The notes under the pieces were generated by a model. It was not told where the DNA came from. It did no database searches and was given only the letters and a program-made list of their open reading frames with translations. 64,000 nt of DNA. It comes from Actinomycetota bacterium. Lineage in GTDB: Bacteria; Actinomycetota; UBA4738; CALAEC01. The first letter of the stretch is position 1. The number at the start of each line of letters is the position of its first letter. Below, piece by piece: positions 1-8,994 of this stretch. The translations under genes and the position numbers were made by a program. Location of the stretch: the NCBI GenBank assembly GCA_036001425.1, contig DASYUI010000035.1, forward strand, positions 1,756-65,755. Reading direction: 5' to 3'.

Positions 1-256
1 CTCTGCGGAATCTGCGAGGGGGAACAACGCCCGCGGCGTCGGTGAGGCCGGTACCTCGGGCTCCTCAGGACTCAGATGAGCACCTAGATGTCCCCTCGTG
101 GCGTCCAGACCATCGTCAGTCCTGCCCTGCTCAAGTGGGCTCGCGAGTCTGCCCCGGTCAGCAGGTTGCGGGCCGCAGACCATATCGGTAGGAGAGTGGA
201 AGTTCGGGCCGCGGTCCAGGTCCCGCGCGTGGGGCCACTGGCGTACCCTTCATCGG

Positions 257-1858
257 GTGACGGAGAGCACATCGCCTGAGAGCGAGTCCGTCCGGGCCGC
301 CGAGATCATCGCCGCGGCGTGCCTGGCCACCGACCTGGGCATGGGGTTCCCGTTCGAGCACGGCCTGCACGGCACGCTCATGGCCATGAGGCTCGCCGAC
401 CTGCTCGATGTCGATCGCGAGACCGAGTCGCAGACCTACTACGCCTCCCTCCTGATGTATTCGGGATGCACGACCGACCTGGATATCGCGACACGCATCT
501 TCGCGGGGAGCAGGACCGAGAACTTCACCCCGAGGATGATGGGATCGCCGCTGGAGGCCTTTGCGGGCTTCGTCCGCGCCCTCCCTCCTCCGGACGCCCC
601 CCCTCTCCGGCGCGTCTACGAGGTCGGGAGGCGCCTGATCCCAGTGGGGAGATTCGTGAAGCCCCACCTCACGGCGATCTGCGACGTCGCTGAGATGATG
701 GCGAAGCGGCTCGGTCTGCCCCCGGCGGTGCACAAGCTGTTCGTCCTCCTGACCGAGCGCTGGGACGGGAAGGGGATGCTGAAGCGAGCGAAGGGAGAGG
801 AGGTCCCCTTGCCTCTTCGCATCGTCGGCGTCGCGCGCGACGCGGCCTATCAGCGGATCCTGGGCGGGGACGATCATGCCGTGGAGGTGATCCGCAGGCG
901 AGCCGGGCACGCCTTCGACCCCCGCATCGCCGCCCGGTTCATCGAGGAGGCGCCGGAGGTCATGGCCGCGGCGGACGGAGCCGACTCGGCGTGGGAGGCG
1001 ATCCTGGCCGCCGAGGCCCGCCCCTGGCTGACGCTGGAGGACGAGGGGGTAGACCGGGCGCTCGCCGCCATCGGCGACTTCGCCGACCTCGTCTCGCCCC
1101 ACCTGTCTGGGCACTCGAGCGGGGTGGCCGAGCTGGTGGAGACCGCCGGCCGGCTCTACGGCTTCGCTCCCTCCGACGTCGCCCTGGTGCGGCGGGCGGC
1201 GTTCGTGCACGACGTGGGGCGCGTCGCGATCGATCCGCGGGTCTGGCAGAAGCCGGCGGCCCTGACGGTCGATGAGTGGGAGCAGGTGCGACTGCACCCC
1301 TACCACACCGAGCGCGTCGTGCTCCACCCCGGTTTCCTCGCCTCGCTGGCCGAGCCGGCATGCGCGCACCACGAGCGGCTCGACGGGGACGGGTACCACC
1401 GAAGGATGTCGGCCTCCGCCCTCCCTCCGGCTGCACGCCTCCTCGCAGCCGCTGACGCGTTCCACGCTATGCGCGAGCCGCGCCCGTACCGGCCCGGACT
1501 CTCACCCGCAGAAGCCGCGAAGCTCCTCAGCGAGGAATCGCACGCCGGTCGTCAGGACTCCGAGATGGTCGCCGCCGTGATCCAAGCCGCGGGGCAGCCG
1601 GCGCCGCCGGTCGAGCGCCCGGCCGGGCTGACCGAGCGGGAGGCCGAGGTCGTCGGGCTCCTCGCCCGGGGCCTCCAGACGAAGCAGGTGGCCAGAAGAC
1701 TCGGCATCTCGGTTAAAACCGCCGATCGGCACATTCAGAACGCCTACCGGAAGATCGGCGTCTCCAGCCGTGCCGCCGCCACGCTGTTCGCGATGGAGCA
1801 CGGCCTGGTGCCCAAGCCTGGTCCCTTCGTTCGAGCGGCGACGGACACTCGACGCTGA
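257..1858 (+). CDS. HD-GYP-like phosphohydrolase fused to a C-terminal LuxR/GerE-type HTH
   Basis: ORF 98..1858. Contains 'HDVGRVAI' and 'HHERLDGDGYHR' (HD-GYP signature with GYH instead of GYP). C-terminal 'LTEREAEVVGLLARGLQTKQVARRLGISVKTADRHIQNAYRKIGV' is a LuxR-type HTH. The first 53 ORF codons are Arg/Ser/Pro-rich and look non-coding, so the in-frame GTG at 257 was chosen. Start is uncertain. Confidence 0.8.
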   Translation: MTESTSPESESVRAAEIIAAACLATDLGMGFPFEHGLHGTLMAMRLADLLDVDRETESQTYYASLLMYSGCTTDLDIATRIFAGSRTENFTPRMMGSPLEAFAGFVRALPPPDAPPLRRVYEVGRRLIPVGRFVKPHLTAICDVAEMMAKRLGLPPAVHKLFVLLTERWDGKGMLKRAKGEEVPLPLRIVGVARDAAYQRILGGDDHAVEVIRRRAGHAFDPRIAARFIEEAPEVMAAADGADSAWEAILAAEARPWLTLEDEGVDRALAAIGDFADLVSPHLSGHSSGVAELVETAGRLYGFAPSDVALVRRAAFVHDVGRVAIDPRVWQKPAALTVDEWEQVRLHPYHTERVVLHPGFLASLAEPACAHHERLDGDGYHRRMSASALPPAARLLAAADAFHAMREPRPYRPGLSPAEAAKLLSEESHAGRQDSEMVAAVIQAAGQPAPPVERPAGLTEREAEVVGLLARGLQTKQVARRLGISVKTADRHIQNAYRKIGVSSRAAATLFAMEHGLVPKPGPFVRAATDTRR

Positions 1859-1973
1859 GCTGACCCGACGCCGACCCGCCCGGAGCCTCGGTCCTGAGGC
1901 GTCGAGGGGCGCATCCTCCGAATGGGGAGGACTCCCGATTTTTCCCAGATCCGGCCGCGCGTACGGTCGCGGC

Positions 1974-2378
1974 ATGGCAAGGACCTACCAGGACGAGACG
2001 CGAGGCTCCGCCGACAGGGACCGTGCTCGCCGTTTCCGTCTCCTCTCGGCCGCCCTCTGCGCGTTCGCGCTCTCGGCCGCCGTGGTGATGACGGCCGTGG
2101 GGGACGACGGGCCCCTCGGCGCTCCCCCGTTCTGGTCGTGGCTGCTGACCGGGCTTCAGGTGCTCGCGCTGCGTTCGGCCGGAACGGGGCGCTGGTGGGG
2201 CTGGCTCCTGGGCGCCGGGGTGCAGCTGCCGTGGATCGCGTATGCGGTGGTCACGGGGCAGCTTGGGTTCATCGCCGGCTGCGCGGTCTCCGCCGCCGTC
2301 CAGACTCGCAATTTCCTGGAGGCGAGCCGGATCCGCCACGTCGTCAGGTTTCAGGAATGGAGGGGGTGGTGTTCATGA
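1974..2378 (+). CDS. small hydrophobic (membrane) protein, unknown function
   Basis: In-frame ATG inside ORF 1770..2378. Has hydrophobic segments 'FRLLSAALCAFALSAAVVMTAV', 'FWSWLLTGLQVLAL' and 'WWGWLLGAGVQLPWIAYAVV'. Its TGA overlaps the next gene's ATG (ATGA at 2375-2378). Confidence 0.45.
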   Translation: MARTYQDETRGSADRDRARRFRLLSAALCAFALSAAVVMTAVGDDGPLGAPPFWSWLLTGLQVLALRSAGTGRWWGWLLGAGVQLPWIAYAVVTGQLGFIAGCAVSAAVQTRNFLEASRIRHVVRFQEWRGWCS

Positions 2379-3475
2379 AAGCTCAGCACACCGAACGGAT
2401 CGAGACGCTCGTCATCGGGGGCGGGCAGTCGGGACTCTCGGTCGGGTACCACCTGGCTCAACGCGGCCTGCCGTTCCTGATCGTCGACGCGAACGAGCGG
2501 GTCGGGGACGCCTGGCGCAAGCGCTGGGATTCCTTGCGGCTCTTCACCCCCAACCGTGTCAACGGGTTGGATGGGATGCCGTTCCCCGGCCCCCGCTGGG
2601 GATTCCCGACCAAGGACGAGTACGCCGACTATCTCGAGAGCTACGCCGAGCGGTTCGAGCTGCCAGTGCGAACCGGCTTGGAGGTGGAGCGGCTGACCCG
2701 GAACGGGGACGGCTTCCTCGCGACCGCCGGTGATCGGCGCTTCGAAGCCGAGAACGTGGTCGTCGCGATGTCCTCGTGGCAGCGCCCGCGGGTGCCGGAC
2801 TTCGCGTCCGAGCTCGATCCCGCGATCGTCCAGCTCCACGTCGCCGACTATCGCAACCCGGAGCAGCTCCGCGAGGGGGACGCCCTCGTCGTCGGGGCGG
2901 GCAACTCGGGAGCCGAGGTCGCCATGGAGCTCTCGAAGACCCGGCGGGTCTGGCTGTCGGGCCCGGACAACGGTGCCCTCCCCTTCCGACTAGATAGCCG
3001 CGTGGGGCGCATGGTGGGGCCCTTCGTCGCCCGGGTCATCTTTCATCGGGTGTTCTCCACGGGTAATCCGATCGGACGGCGGATCCGCCCGAAGATTCTC
3101 GCGAAGCGCGATCCTCTGATCCGGGTCAAGCCGAAGGACCTCGCAGCGGCGGGAGTGGAGCGGGTGCCGCGGACGACGGGCGTCGAGGACGGGTGGCCCA
3201 GGCTCGAGGACGGCCGTCGCCTGAAGGTCGCGAACGTGGTCTGGACGTCCGGGTTCCACCCCGGATTTTCGTGGATCGAGCTGCCCGTGTTCGGGCCGAA
3301 CGAGCCGAAGCACGACGGGGGAATCGTCGACTCCGAACCCGGTCTTTACTTCGTCGGCCTCCGGTTCCTGTACTCGAAGTCGTCGGAGCAGATCCACGGG
3401 GTCGGCCGCGACGCCGACCGCATCGCCGACGCGATCGCCGCTCGCCAGACGCAACGAGTGGCGGTCGCCCGCTGA
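2375..3475 (+). CDS. FAD/NAD(P)-binding flavoprotein monooxygenase-like oxidoreductase
   Basis: Two dinucleotide-binding motifs, 'LVIGGGQSGLSVGYHL' and 'VVGAGNSGAEVAMEL'. The ATG at 2375 is preceded by AGGGGG. The upstream part of ORF 1922..3475 is Arg/Pro-rich, which looks like a frame artefact. Confidence 0.9.
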   Translation: MKAQHTERIETLVIGGGQSGLSVGYHLAQRGLPFLIVDANERVGDAWRKRWDSLRLFTPNRVNGLDGMPFPGPRWGFPTKDEYADYLESYAERFELPVRTGLEVERLTRNGDGFLATAGDRRFEAENVVVAMSSWQRPRVPDFASELDPAIVQLHVADYRNPEQLREGDALVVGAGNSGAEVAMELSKTRRVWLSGPDNGALPFRLDSRVGRMVGPFVARVIFHRVFSTGNPIGRRIRPKILAKRDPLIRVKPKDLAAAGVERVPRTTGVEDGWPRLEDGRRLKVANVVWTSGFHPGFSWIELPVFGPNEPKHDGGIVDSEPGLYFVGLRFLYSKSSEQIHGVGRDADRIADAIAARQTQRVAVAR

Positions 3476-3838
3476 CAGGTTCAGGCGGTGGGTGGGCGCC
3501 GTGGACTTGAGAAGTCAGCGTCGGCGAGGAGCGCTAACCGACGCGGACCTGCGGATCAGTGATTAGTGGGTCGCCCCGGATGACGTGTGCCGCGCTCCCA
3601 AAGCACCAGCCTGGCCGGGGGATCTTGGGCCACCCGCGGTCGCCGAATTGGGCTGCGGTGAACTCCGCCCTGCTGGGGCGGGAACGGTGATTGGCAAGTC
3701 GGTGACCAGGGCTCTCCCAGACCCGAAGGAGGCCCGGGGCCGCACTTTCACAATTCTCGCGGAATCTGTGCGGAATCAGCCGGAGGGTCCAGGGGGACCT
3801 CAGCTCGAGAGACCGCCCCCGACCTGCTGCGATGCATG

Positions 3839-3910
3839 TGGGCGCTGGTGGTTTCGAACCACCGACCTCCGCCTTGTAAGGGCGGCGCTCTCCCACTGAG
3901 CTAAGCGCCC
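3839..3910 (-). tRNA. tRNA-Val (anticodon TAC)
   Basis: Reverse complement reads GGGCGCT TA GCTC AGTGGGA GAGC G CCGCC CTTACAA GGCGG AGGTC GGTGG TTCGAAA CCACC AGCGCCC A. This is a full 72-nt cloverleaf with a 7-bp acceptor stem, a TTCGAAA T-loop and anticodon loop CT-TAC-AA. CCA is not encoded. Confidence 0.9.
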
Positions 3911-4019
3911 CGGGTATGGTGCCACGCCGCGCCCCCGGCCGTACGCCTTTGCGCCGATCCCCCTGGACGCGTGCTCGCGGCCGATGCCACACTCTCGATA
4001 CCCCCCCGAGGAGGAGGCC

Positions 4020-4811
4020 GTGGCCGAGTTCGAGACCATCAAGTACTCCGGGCACGACGGCCTGGCCACGATCGAGCTGGCCAGGCCGGAGAAGCTCAAC
4101 GCGATGAACGCCCAGATGTTCTACGACCTGGGCAAGGCCGCCGAGCGAGCCGCCTCCGACCCCGGGATCCGGGTCATGCTCGTCAGGGGTCAGGGCCGGG
4201 CGTTCTGCTCGGGGATCGACGTGTCGCTCTTGGGACAGCTCGCCGGCACGCGGGGCGCGCGGTTCCGGTCGTTCGTCCTCGCGGCCCAGCGCCCGTTCCT
4301 GCTCCTTGCTCAGATGGGAAAGCCGACGGTTGCGGCCGTGCGGGGGCATGCATTGGGCGCAGGTTTCCAGCTCGCGCTGGCGTGCGACCTCCGCGTGGCC
4401 GCCGACGACGCGAGCTTCGCCATGCTCGAGGTGAAGTTCGGGCTCGTGCCTGACCTGGGAGGCACGCACCGCCTGGTGCGACTGGTCGGTCCGGCCCGGG
4501 CCAAGGAGATGGTCTGGACGGGAGCGAGGCTCGACGCCAGCGCGGCGGAGCGGATCGGCCTGGTGAACCGGGTGGTTCCGGTGGACACGCTGGACAAGGA
4601 AGCGGAAGTGTATGCGCGCGAGGTGGCGGCGTCTCCGCCGATCCCGGTGAGCCTCACCAAGACCGCCATCAACCGGGCCGAGGAGACGCCCCTCGAGAGC
4701 GCGCTCGAGCGTGATGCGCAGGCCCAAGCCGCGTGCGTCGACTCCGAGGACCACCGGGAAGCCGTGGCCGCCCACCTCGAGAAGCGTCCCCCGCGGTTCA
4801 CCGGGCGCTAG
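4020..4811 (+). CDS. enoyl-CoA hydratase/isomerase (crotonase) family protein
   Basis: 'GLATIELARPEKLNAMN...VMLVRGQGRAFCSGIDVS...FGLVPDLGGT' is the crotonase fold signature. The GTG at 4020 is preceded by GAGGAGGAGG. The ORF-track start at 3984 is an alternative. Confidence 0.9.
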   Translation: MAEFETIKYSGHDGLATIELARPEKLNAMNAQMFYDLGKAAERAASDPGIRVMLVRGQGRAFCSGIDVSLLGQLAGTRGARFRSFVLAAQRPFLLLAQMGKPTVAAVRGHALGAGFQLALACDLRVAADDASFAMLEVKFGLVPDLGGTHRLVRLVGPARAKEMVWTGARLDASAAERIGLVNRVVPVDTLDKEAEVYAREVAASPPIPVSLTKTAINRAEETPLESALERDAQAQAACVDSEDHREAVAAHLEKRPPRFTGR

Positions 4812-5021
4812 ACCCGCAACGCGAGACCCCCGAGGGGGAGAGGACCCTCGGGGGCTCGGTCGGCGTCTTGCCTCCACCCGGTGGGGGGCACCAGAGGCGG
4901 TCACGCCGCACGCATCCTTCCCGCGGCTCGATTCGTCTAAACGGTTTCACCTGCGACGCGAACGGGAAATCGTCAGGGCGGCCGGGCGGACGCGCGTTCA
5001 CCCGAGAGGAGGTGTAGCCAC

Positions 5022-5201
5022 ATGCTGGCCCTTCTATCCCTCCTGGCCGTAACCGGAGGGCTCGCCACGATCCTGTGGATCATCGCCGTCATCCTGGTGA
5101 TCGCGGGGATCGTGCAGATCGTTCAAGGGCAGGTCGTTCTCGGGATCGTGCTCATCGTGGTGGGTCTCCTGGTGGGACCCGGCGGAGTGAGCATCTTCTG
5201 A
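5022..5201 (+). CDS. 59-aa two-helix membrane peptide
   Basis: Below the ORF-track cutoff. ATG is preceded by GAGAGGAGGTG. Translates to MLALLSLLAVTGGLATILWIIAVILVIAGIVQIVQGQVVLGIVLIVVGLLVGPGGVSIF, and a hairpin follows. Confidence 0.6.
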   Translation: MLALLSLLAVTGGLATILWIIAVILVIAGIVQIVQGQVVLGIVLIVVGLLVGPGGVSIF

Positions 5202-5220
5202 CCATCTCCCGACGCGCACG

Positions 5221-5252
5221 GGCCGGGGGGGCGGGGCTCCCTCCCCCCGGCC
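5221..5252 (+). terminator. GC-rich hairpin downstream of the 59-aa gene
   Basis: GGCCGGGGGG (5221-5230) pairs perfectly with CCCCCCGGCC (5243-5252) across a 12-nt loop. There is no clear U-tract. Confidence 0.4.
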
Positions 5253-5350
5253 GGAGCGCCATCGTGTCCCGTTGCTCACGATGCGCGGCTGAGGCGCGCG
5301 GCCCCATCGGTCCGTTTGCTTGGCATCTCCGAGGGAAAAAGGGACGTGAC

Positions 5351-5458
5351 ATGGATATCGGCAAGACTCAGAAGGTGATCGAGATCGAGCCGATCGAGGA
5401 GCCGGTGAGCGTTCCTTCCGAGCCGGCTCCCGACGAGCTCCCCACCCCCGTTCCCTAG
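5351..5458 (+). CDS. 35-aa acidic/proline-rich peptide
   Basis: ATG preceded by GAGGGAAAAAGGGA. Translates to MDIGKTQKVIEIEPIEEPVSVPSEPAPDELPTPVP. Its TAG stop lies 2 nt before the GTG of the next ORF. Confidence 0.35.
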   Translation: MDIGKTQKVIEIEPIEEPVSVPSEPAPDELPTPVP

Positions 5459-5460
5459 TC

Positions 5461-5928
5461 GTGTCACCCTGGAGGGCCCCGGACGGGATCGAGCCCGTCC
5501 TGGCCGCTCGTCTGTGGGTGCTTCGCGGAGACGACCTCACACTCCGTTCCCTGGTCAAGCCGGTGACCTGGCCATCGAACTCCCCTCTCCACGCTCGGTG
5601 CTCCGCACCGGAGGAGCTTCGCAGCGACCAGCACGAGGCGCCGGGAGAGGCCTGCTTCTGCGGCGTCTGGGGTGTCCCGTTCCCCGGGCGCCTCGAGGAG
5701 ATCGGCCGGTCGGCGCTAGAGGGTTGGAAAGTCGGCGGCATCATCCAGCTCTGGGGCAGGATCGTCGTGGGAACGAAAGGGTGGCGGGGGGAGTGGGCTC
5801 GACCAGCCGCACTCGTGGTTTCGGGCCGCAGGAGGTCGGTCCCGGTCGACCTCGTCCAGTCGGTGGCCTTCCGCTACGGGATCCTAATGCTCGACGAGTG
5901 GCCCGTGCTCACGCCGCTGGCCGCCTGA
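5461..5928 (+). CDS. conserved-looking hypothetical protein with a His/Cys cluster
   Basis: ORF 5461..5928 (GTG start). Contains 'LHARCSAPEELRSDQHEAPGEACFCGVWG' followed by 'GGIIQLWGRIVVGTKGWRGEWARPAAL'. The composition is protein-like. No family could be assigned. Confidence 0.55.
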   Translation: MSPWRAPDGIEPVLAARLWVLRGDDLTLRSLVKPVTWPSNSPLHARCSAPEELRSDQHEAPGEACFCGVWGVPFPGRLEEIGRSALEGWKVGGIIQLWGRIVVGTKGWRGEWARPAALVVSGRRRSVPVDLVQSVAFRYGILMLDEWPVLTPLAA

Positions 5929-6084
5929 CCTCGTTCCCCCGATATCGACGCCGGACATTCCCGACCGTTCGCCAACGGCTCACGAAAATGGGCATTCCGA
6001 GTCTTGTCTTGGCCCACCCCCTTCTGGTACCGTGGCGCGGTTCTGTGGCCAGCTTGGTCAGCTAACCCGGAGGAAAGCCCGCCC

Positions 6085-8994
6085 GTGGCGTATCCCCAGC
6101 CACACATCGTTCCGGCGAGGATCCGCGTTCCCGCGACCCGCGGACTCCGGCGTGAGCGCCTACTCGGCGCGCTCGACCGGCTCTGGGATCATCGGTTGGC
6201 CCTGGTCGTGGCGCCGGCCGGATCGGGGAAGACCACCCTCCTGTCGCAGTTCGCGTCGGCACTGGAGGGCCCGGTCGCCTGGTACACCGCCGACGGATCC
6301 CACGCCGAGCCCAGTGTGTTCCTCAGCCATCTGGAGCAGGCGGTATGCACGGCCTTCGGAGACGTCCCCCGAGGGTGGGAGTCGGAGGACGCGGCGGCCC
6401 AGTCGCTCGAAGGCTGGGCGGGCACCAGAGGCCTGGTGGTCCTGGACGACCTTCACGCGCTGGAGGGGACACCTGCGGAGGCGGCCCTCGAGCGACTGAT
6501 CGACTACATCCCACCGAACGTGTTCGTTCTGGCGGCTTCCCGCCGGACTCCGGGGTTCAACCTCTCCAGGCTGCGGGTCTCCGGGGCACTCCTCGAGGTG
6601 GGCTCCGACGACCTCCGGTTCCGATCGTGGGAAGTCGAGCGCCTGTTCCGCGACATCCACGGCGAGCCGCTCACCCCTGAGGATCTCGCCGCTCTGACAC
6701 GAGGAACCGAGGGCTGGGCGGCCGGCCTCCAGCTGTTCCACCTGGCGACTCGCGGGAAACCGGTGCACGAGAGCAGGAAGATCCTGGCCGAGTTGCGCAC
6801 GCGATCTCGCCTGGTCCGCGAGTACCTGGCGAGGAACGTCATCGACGAGCTCCCCGAGGCCCTTCGGGCCTTCCTCCTGGATACGTGTGTGCTGGACCGG
6901 ATGTCGGGTCGCTTGTGCGACGAGCTCCTGGGCGTCTCCGCCAGCGAGCTGGTCCTGGAGGAGCTGGAGCGCCGCCAGATCTTCACGTACGGGCTCGAGG
7001 AGGGGTGGTGGCGGTACCACGAAGTGCTGCGGTCACATCTCCAGGTCCAGCTCGTCCAGACGGTCGGCGAGGCCGAGGCTCGGGAACGATACCGGCGAGC
7101 CGGGGAGCTCCTGGAGACGGCGGGCGCGGTGCGGGAGGCCCTGCAGGCCTTCTGCCGCGCGGAGGACTGGGACGCGGTCGACCGGCTCCTGGGGAAGGAA
7201 GGCGAGCTTCTGGCCGATGGTCCCGACGGGTGGCTGGATCTCGTTCCCTCGGACCTCCGGGAAGACGACCCGTGGGTCCTCCTTGCCGCCGCCCGCAGAG
7301 AGAGAGCCCGGGGCAGGTGGCACCCCGCTCAGGAGGCGTACCAGAAAGCGGAGCGGGCGTTCGGGGGTGCCGGCGCGGCGGAGATCTGCCGCGCAGAGCG
7401 CCAGGCCCTGACCTCCTGGATGGAACCGGCATTCGTCCCCATCGACACTCCGTCGGGGGCCGTCCGAGCCGCGGTCTCGCGCGAGCCGCTCCGGGCGAAG
7501 GGATCGTGGCCCGGCGCTCAGGGGGCCCTTGCCCGAGGGATCTGCTCTCTGCTCGCCGGCCAGGTGCTGGACGCCAGACCCGTTCTTCTTTCGGTCGGCG
7601 ACCACCCGGACGCCAGCCCGAGCCTGGTGGCGGGAGCCCGGCTCGCTGCCGCCCTGGCGGCCATGCTGGCCGGTGACCCTGGTGGCGAACGCGAAACCGA
7701 AGCTGCGGCCGAGGAGGCCGAACACCTGGGTATCCTCTGGCTGGCGCGCCTGAGCCGAGCCTCTCTGGCCCTGTCGGACCGCCCCGACGGAGCGTCCGAA
7801 GCGGCGGCGGCTCGGTTGGCGGGCGAGCGCCGGGGCGACCAGTGGGGAACCTCCCTGGCCGCGCTGCTCGAGGGCATGGGGGCGCTCCGGATCGGCGGGA
7901 GCCCGACCGCCGTCCTGGACGTGGCCGTTCAGGGGTTCCGTCACCTGGGTGCGGGGACGCTGGAGGCCTGGGCCCGATCCGCCCATGCGCTGGCGGTGGC
8001 GCGGACCGGAACACCCGAGGCCCGGCAGACCGCTCTCCAGGCTGAGACCTTCGCCCGGGCCGCCATGGTTCGGGGCGCGCAGATGATCGCCTTCCTGGCC
8101 CTGGCGCAGGCTGATCCCGCTCGGGAAGGTGAGCACCGAGCCGTCGCCATGGAGATCGCCAACGAGTGCGGTCTTGCGTTGCCAGAGCCTCCGAGTGCCA
8201 CCCAGGCTCCGTCGGCCCCGTTCCAGATCTGGTGCTTCGGGAGGTTCTCCCTGACGATCGACGGAAAAGCGGCGGACCTGTCGAGCCTTCGGCCACGGAT
8301 CCGCAGGCTGCTTCGGCTCCTGGCCATGGGCGCCGGAGCCCCGATTCATCGAGAGGTCCTCACCGAGGCCCTGTGGCCGGGGGCCGACCCCGAGACCGGT
8401 GGCCGGAACCTCCACGTCGCGATCTCCACGCTCCGGCGCGTGCTGGAGCCGGACCTGCCCAAGGGTGCCGGCAGCCTCATCCTCCGCGAAGGTGAGACCT
8501 ACCGCTTGGCGCTGCCGGAGGACACCTTCGTCGACGTGCTGGAGCTCGATGACCGCTTGGTCGCCGCCCGGGGTGCCCTGGCCCGGAAGGACGCGGAGAC
8601 AGCACTGACGGAGTTCCGCCGGGCCATGGCCTTCTACGTCGGGGACCTGCTGCCGGAGGAGGGGCCCGCCGAGTGGATCGTGGGAGAACGGGAGCGGAGG
8701 CGCCTCGACGTCTCCGAGCTCGCCGGGGCCCTGGCCGAAGCGTTATTGGTCGCGGGCGAGCCCGGCGAGGCCGCGTGGGTGTGCCGGCGGGGTCTCCAGG
8801 TGGACCGGTACCATGATGCCCTGTGGCGCACGCTCGTCCGCGCCTGCGACCAGGCCGGCGACCCCGTCGCCTCAGCCCGGGCGGGCCGCGACTACCAAGC
8901 GCTTCTCCTGGAGCTCGGGCTCCCGCCGTCCTCGAACAGCCAATCGGAGTCTGACGTGGGCGTCGACCCCGACCGGGCTCTTAACAGCTCTTAG
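6085..8994 (+). CDS. MalT-like STAND ATPase with C-terminal SARP module (OmpR-type wHTH + BTAD)
   Basis: Walker A 'VVAPAGSGKTTLLSQFA', Walker B 'LVVLDDLH', and MalT-like 'TEGWAAGLQLF'. The central part is Ala/Leu-rich and TPR-like. C-terminus has 'FQIWCFGRFSLTIDGKAADL...REVLTEALWP...LHVAISTLRRVLEP' (wHTH) and 'DRYHDALWRTLVRACDQAGDPVASARAGRDYQALLLELGLPP' (BTAD). GTG 6085 is preceded by GGAGGAAAG. The ORF-track start at 6004 is an alternative. Confidence 0.85.
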   Translation: MAYPQPHIVPARIRVPATRGLRRERLLGALDRLWDHRLALVVAPAGSGKTTLLSQFASALEGPVAWYTADGSHAEPSVFLSHLEQAVCTAFGDVPRGWESEDAAAQSLEGWAGTRGLVVLDDLHALEGTPAEAALERLIDYIPPNVFVLAASRRTPGFNLSRLRVSGALLEVGSDDLRFRSWEVERLFRDIHGEPLTPEDLAALTRGTEGWAAGLQLFHLATRGKPVHESRKILAELRTRSRLVREYLARNVIDELPEALRAFLLDTCVLDRMSGRLCDELLGVSASELVLEELERRQIFTYGLEEGWWRYHEVLRSHLQVQLVQTVGEAEARERYRRAGELLETAGAVREALQAFCRAEDWDAVDRLLGKEGELLADGPDGWLDLVPSDLREDDPWVLLAAARRERARGRWHPAQEAYQKAERAFGGAGAAEICRAERQALTSWMEPAFVPIDTPSGAVRAAVSREPLRAKGSWPGAQGALARGICSLLAGQVLDARPVLLSVGDHPDASPSLVAGARLAAALAAMLAGDPGGERETEAAAEEAEHLGILWLARLSRASLALSDRPDGASEAAAARLAGERRGDQWGTSLAALLEGMGALRIGGSPTAVLDVAVQGFRHLGAGTLEAWARSAHALAVARTGTPEARQTALQAETFARAAMVRGAQMIAFLALAQADPAREGEHRAVAMEIANECGLALPEPPSATQAPSAPFQIWCFGRFSLTIDGKAADLSSLRPRIRRLLRLLAMGAGAPIHREVLTEALWPGADPETGGRNLHVAISTLRRVLEPDLPKGAGSLILREGETYRLALPEDTFVDVLELDDRLVAARGALARKDAETALTEFRRAMAFYVGDLLPEEGPAEWIVGERERRRLDVSELAGALAEALLVAGEPGEAAWVCRRGLQVDRYHDALWRTLVRACDQAGDPVASARAGRDYQALLLELGLPPSSNSQSESDVGVDPDRALNSS

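Noticed and set aside
4-3780. TGCGGAATC-type 9-10-mers at 4-14 and twice at 3762-3780
   Set aside because: These are short matches within the range expected by chance, with no consistent position relative to genes.
3534-4904. 456-aa minus-strand ORF
   Set aside because: It runs through the tRNA-Val gene and is antisense to the crotonase gene. Its composition is Arg/Pro/Gly-rich.
5034-5744. 236-aa minus-strand ORF
   Set aside because: It overlaps three plus-strand small genes that have RBSs. The translation is Arg/Ser/Pro-rich.
6160-8415. Minus-strand ORFs of 286, 437 and 460 aa inside the STAND/SARP gene
   Set aside because: They are antisense artefacts ('PGRRSGSRRSGAPPCPRAARPGR...'). The plus frame has Walker motifs and a BTAD.
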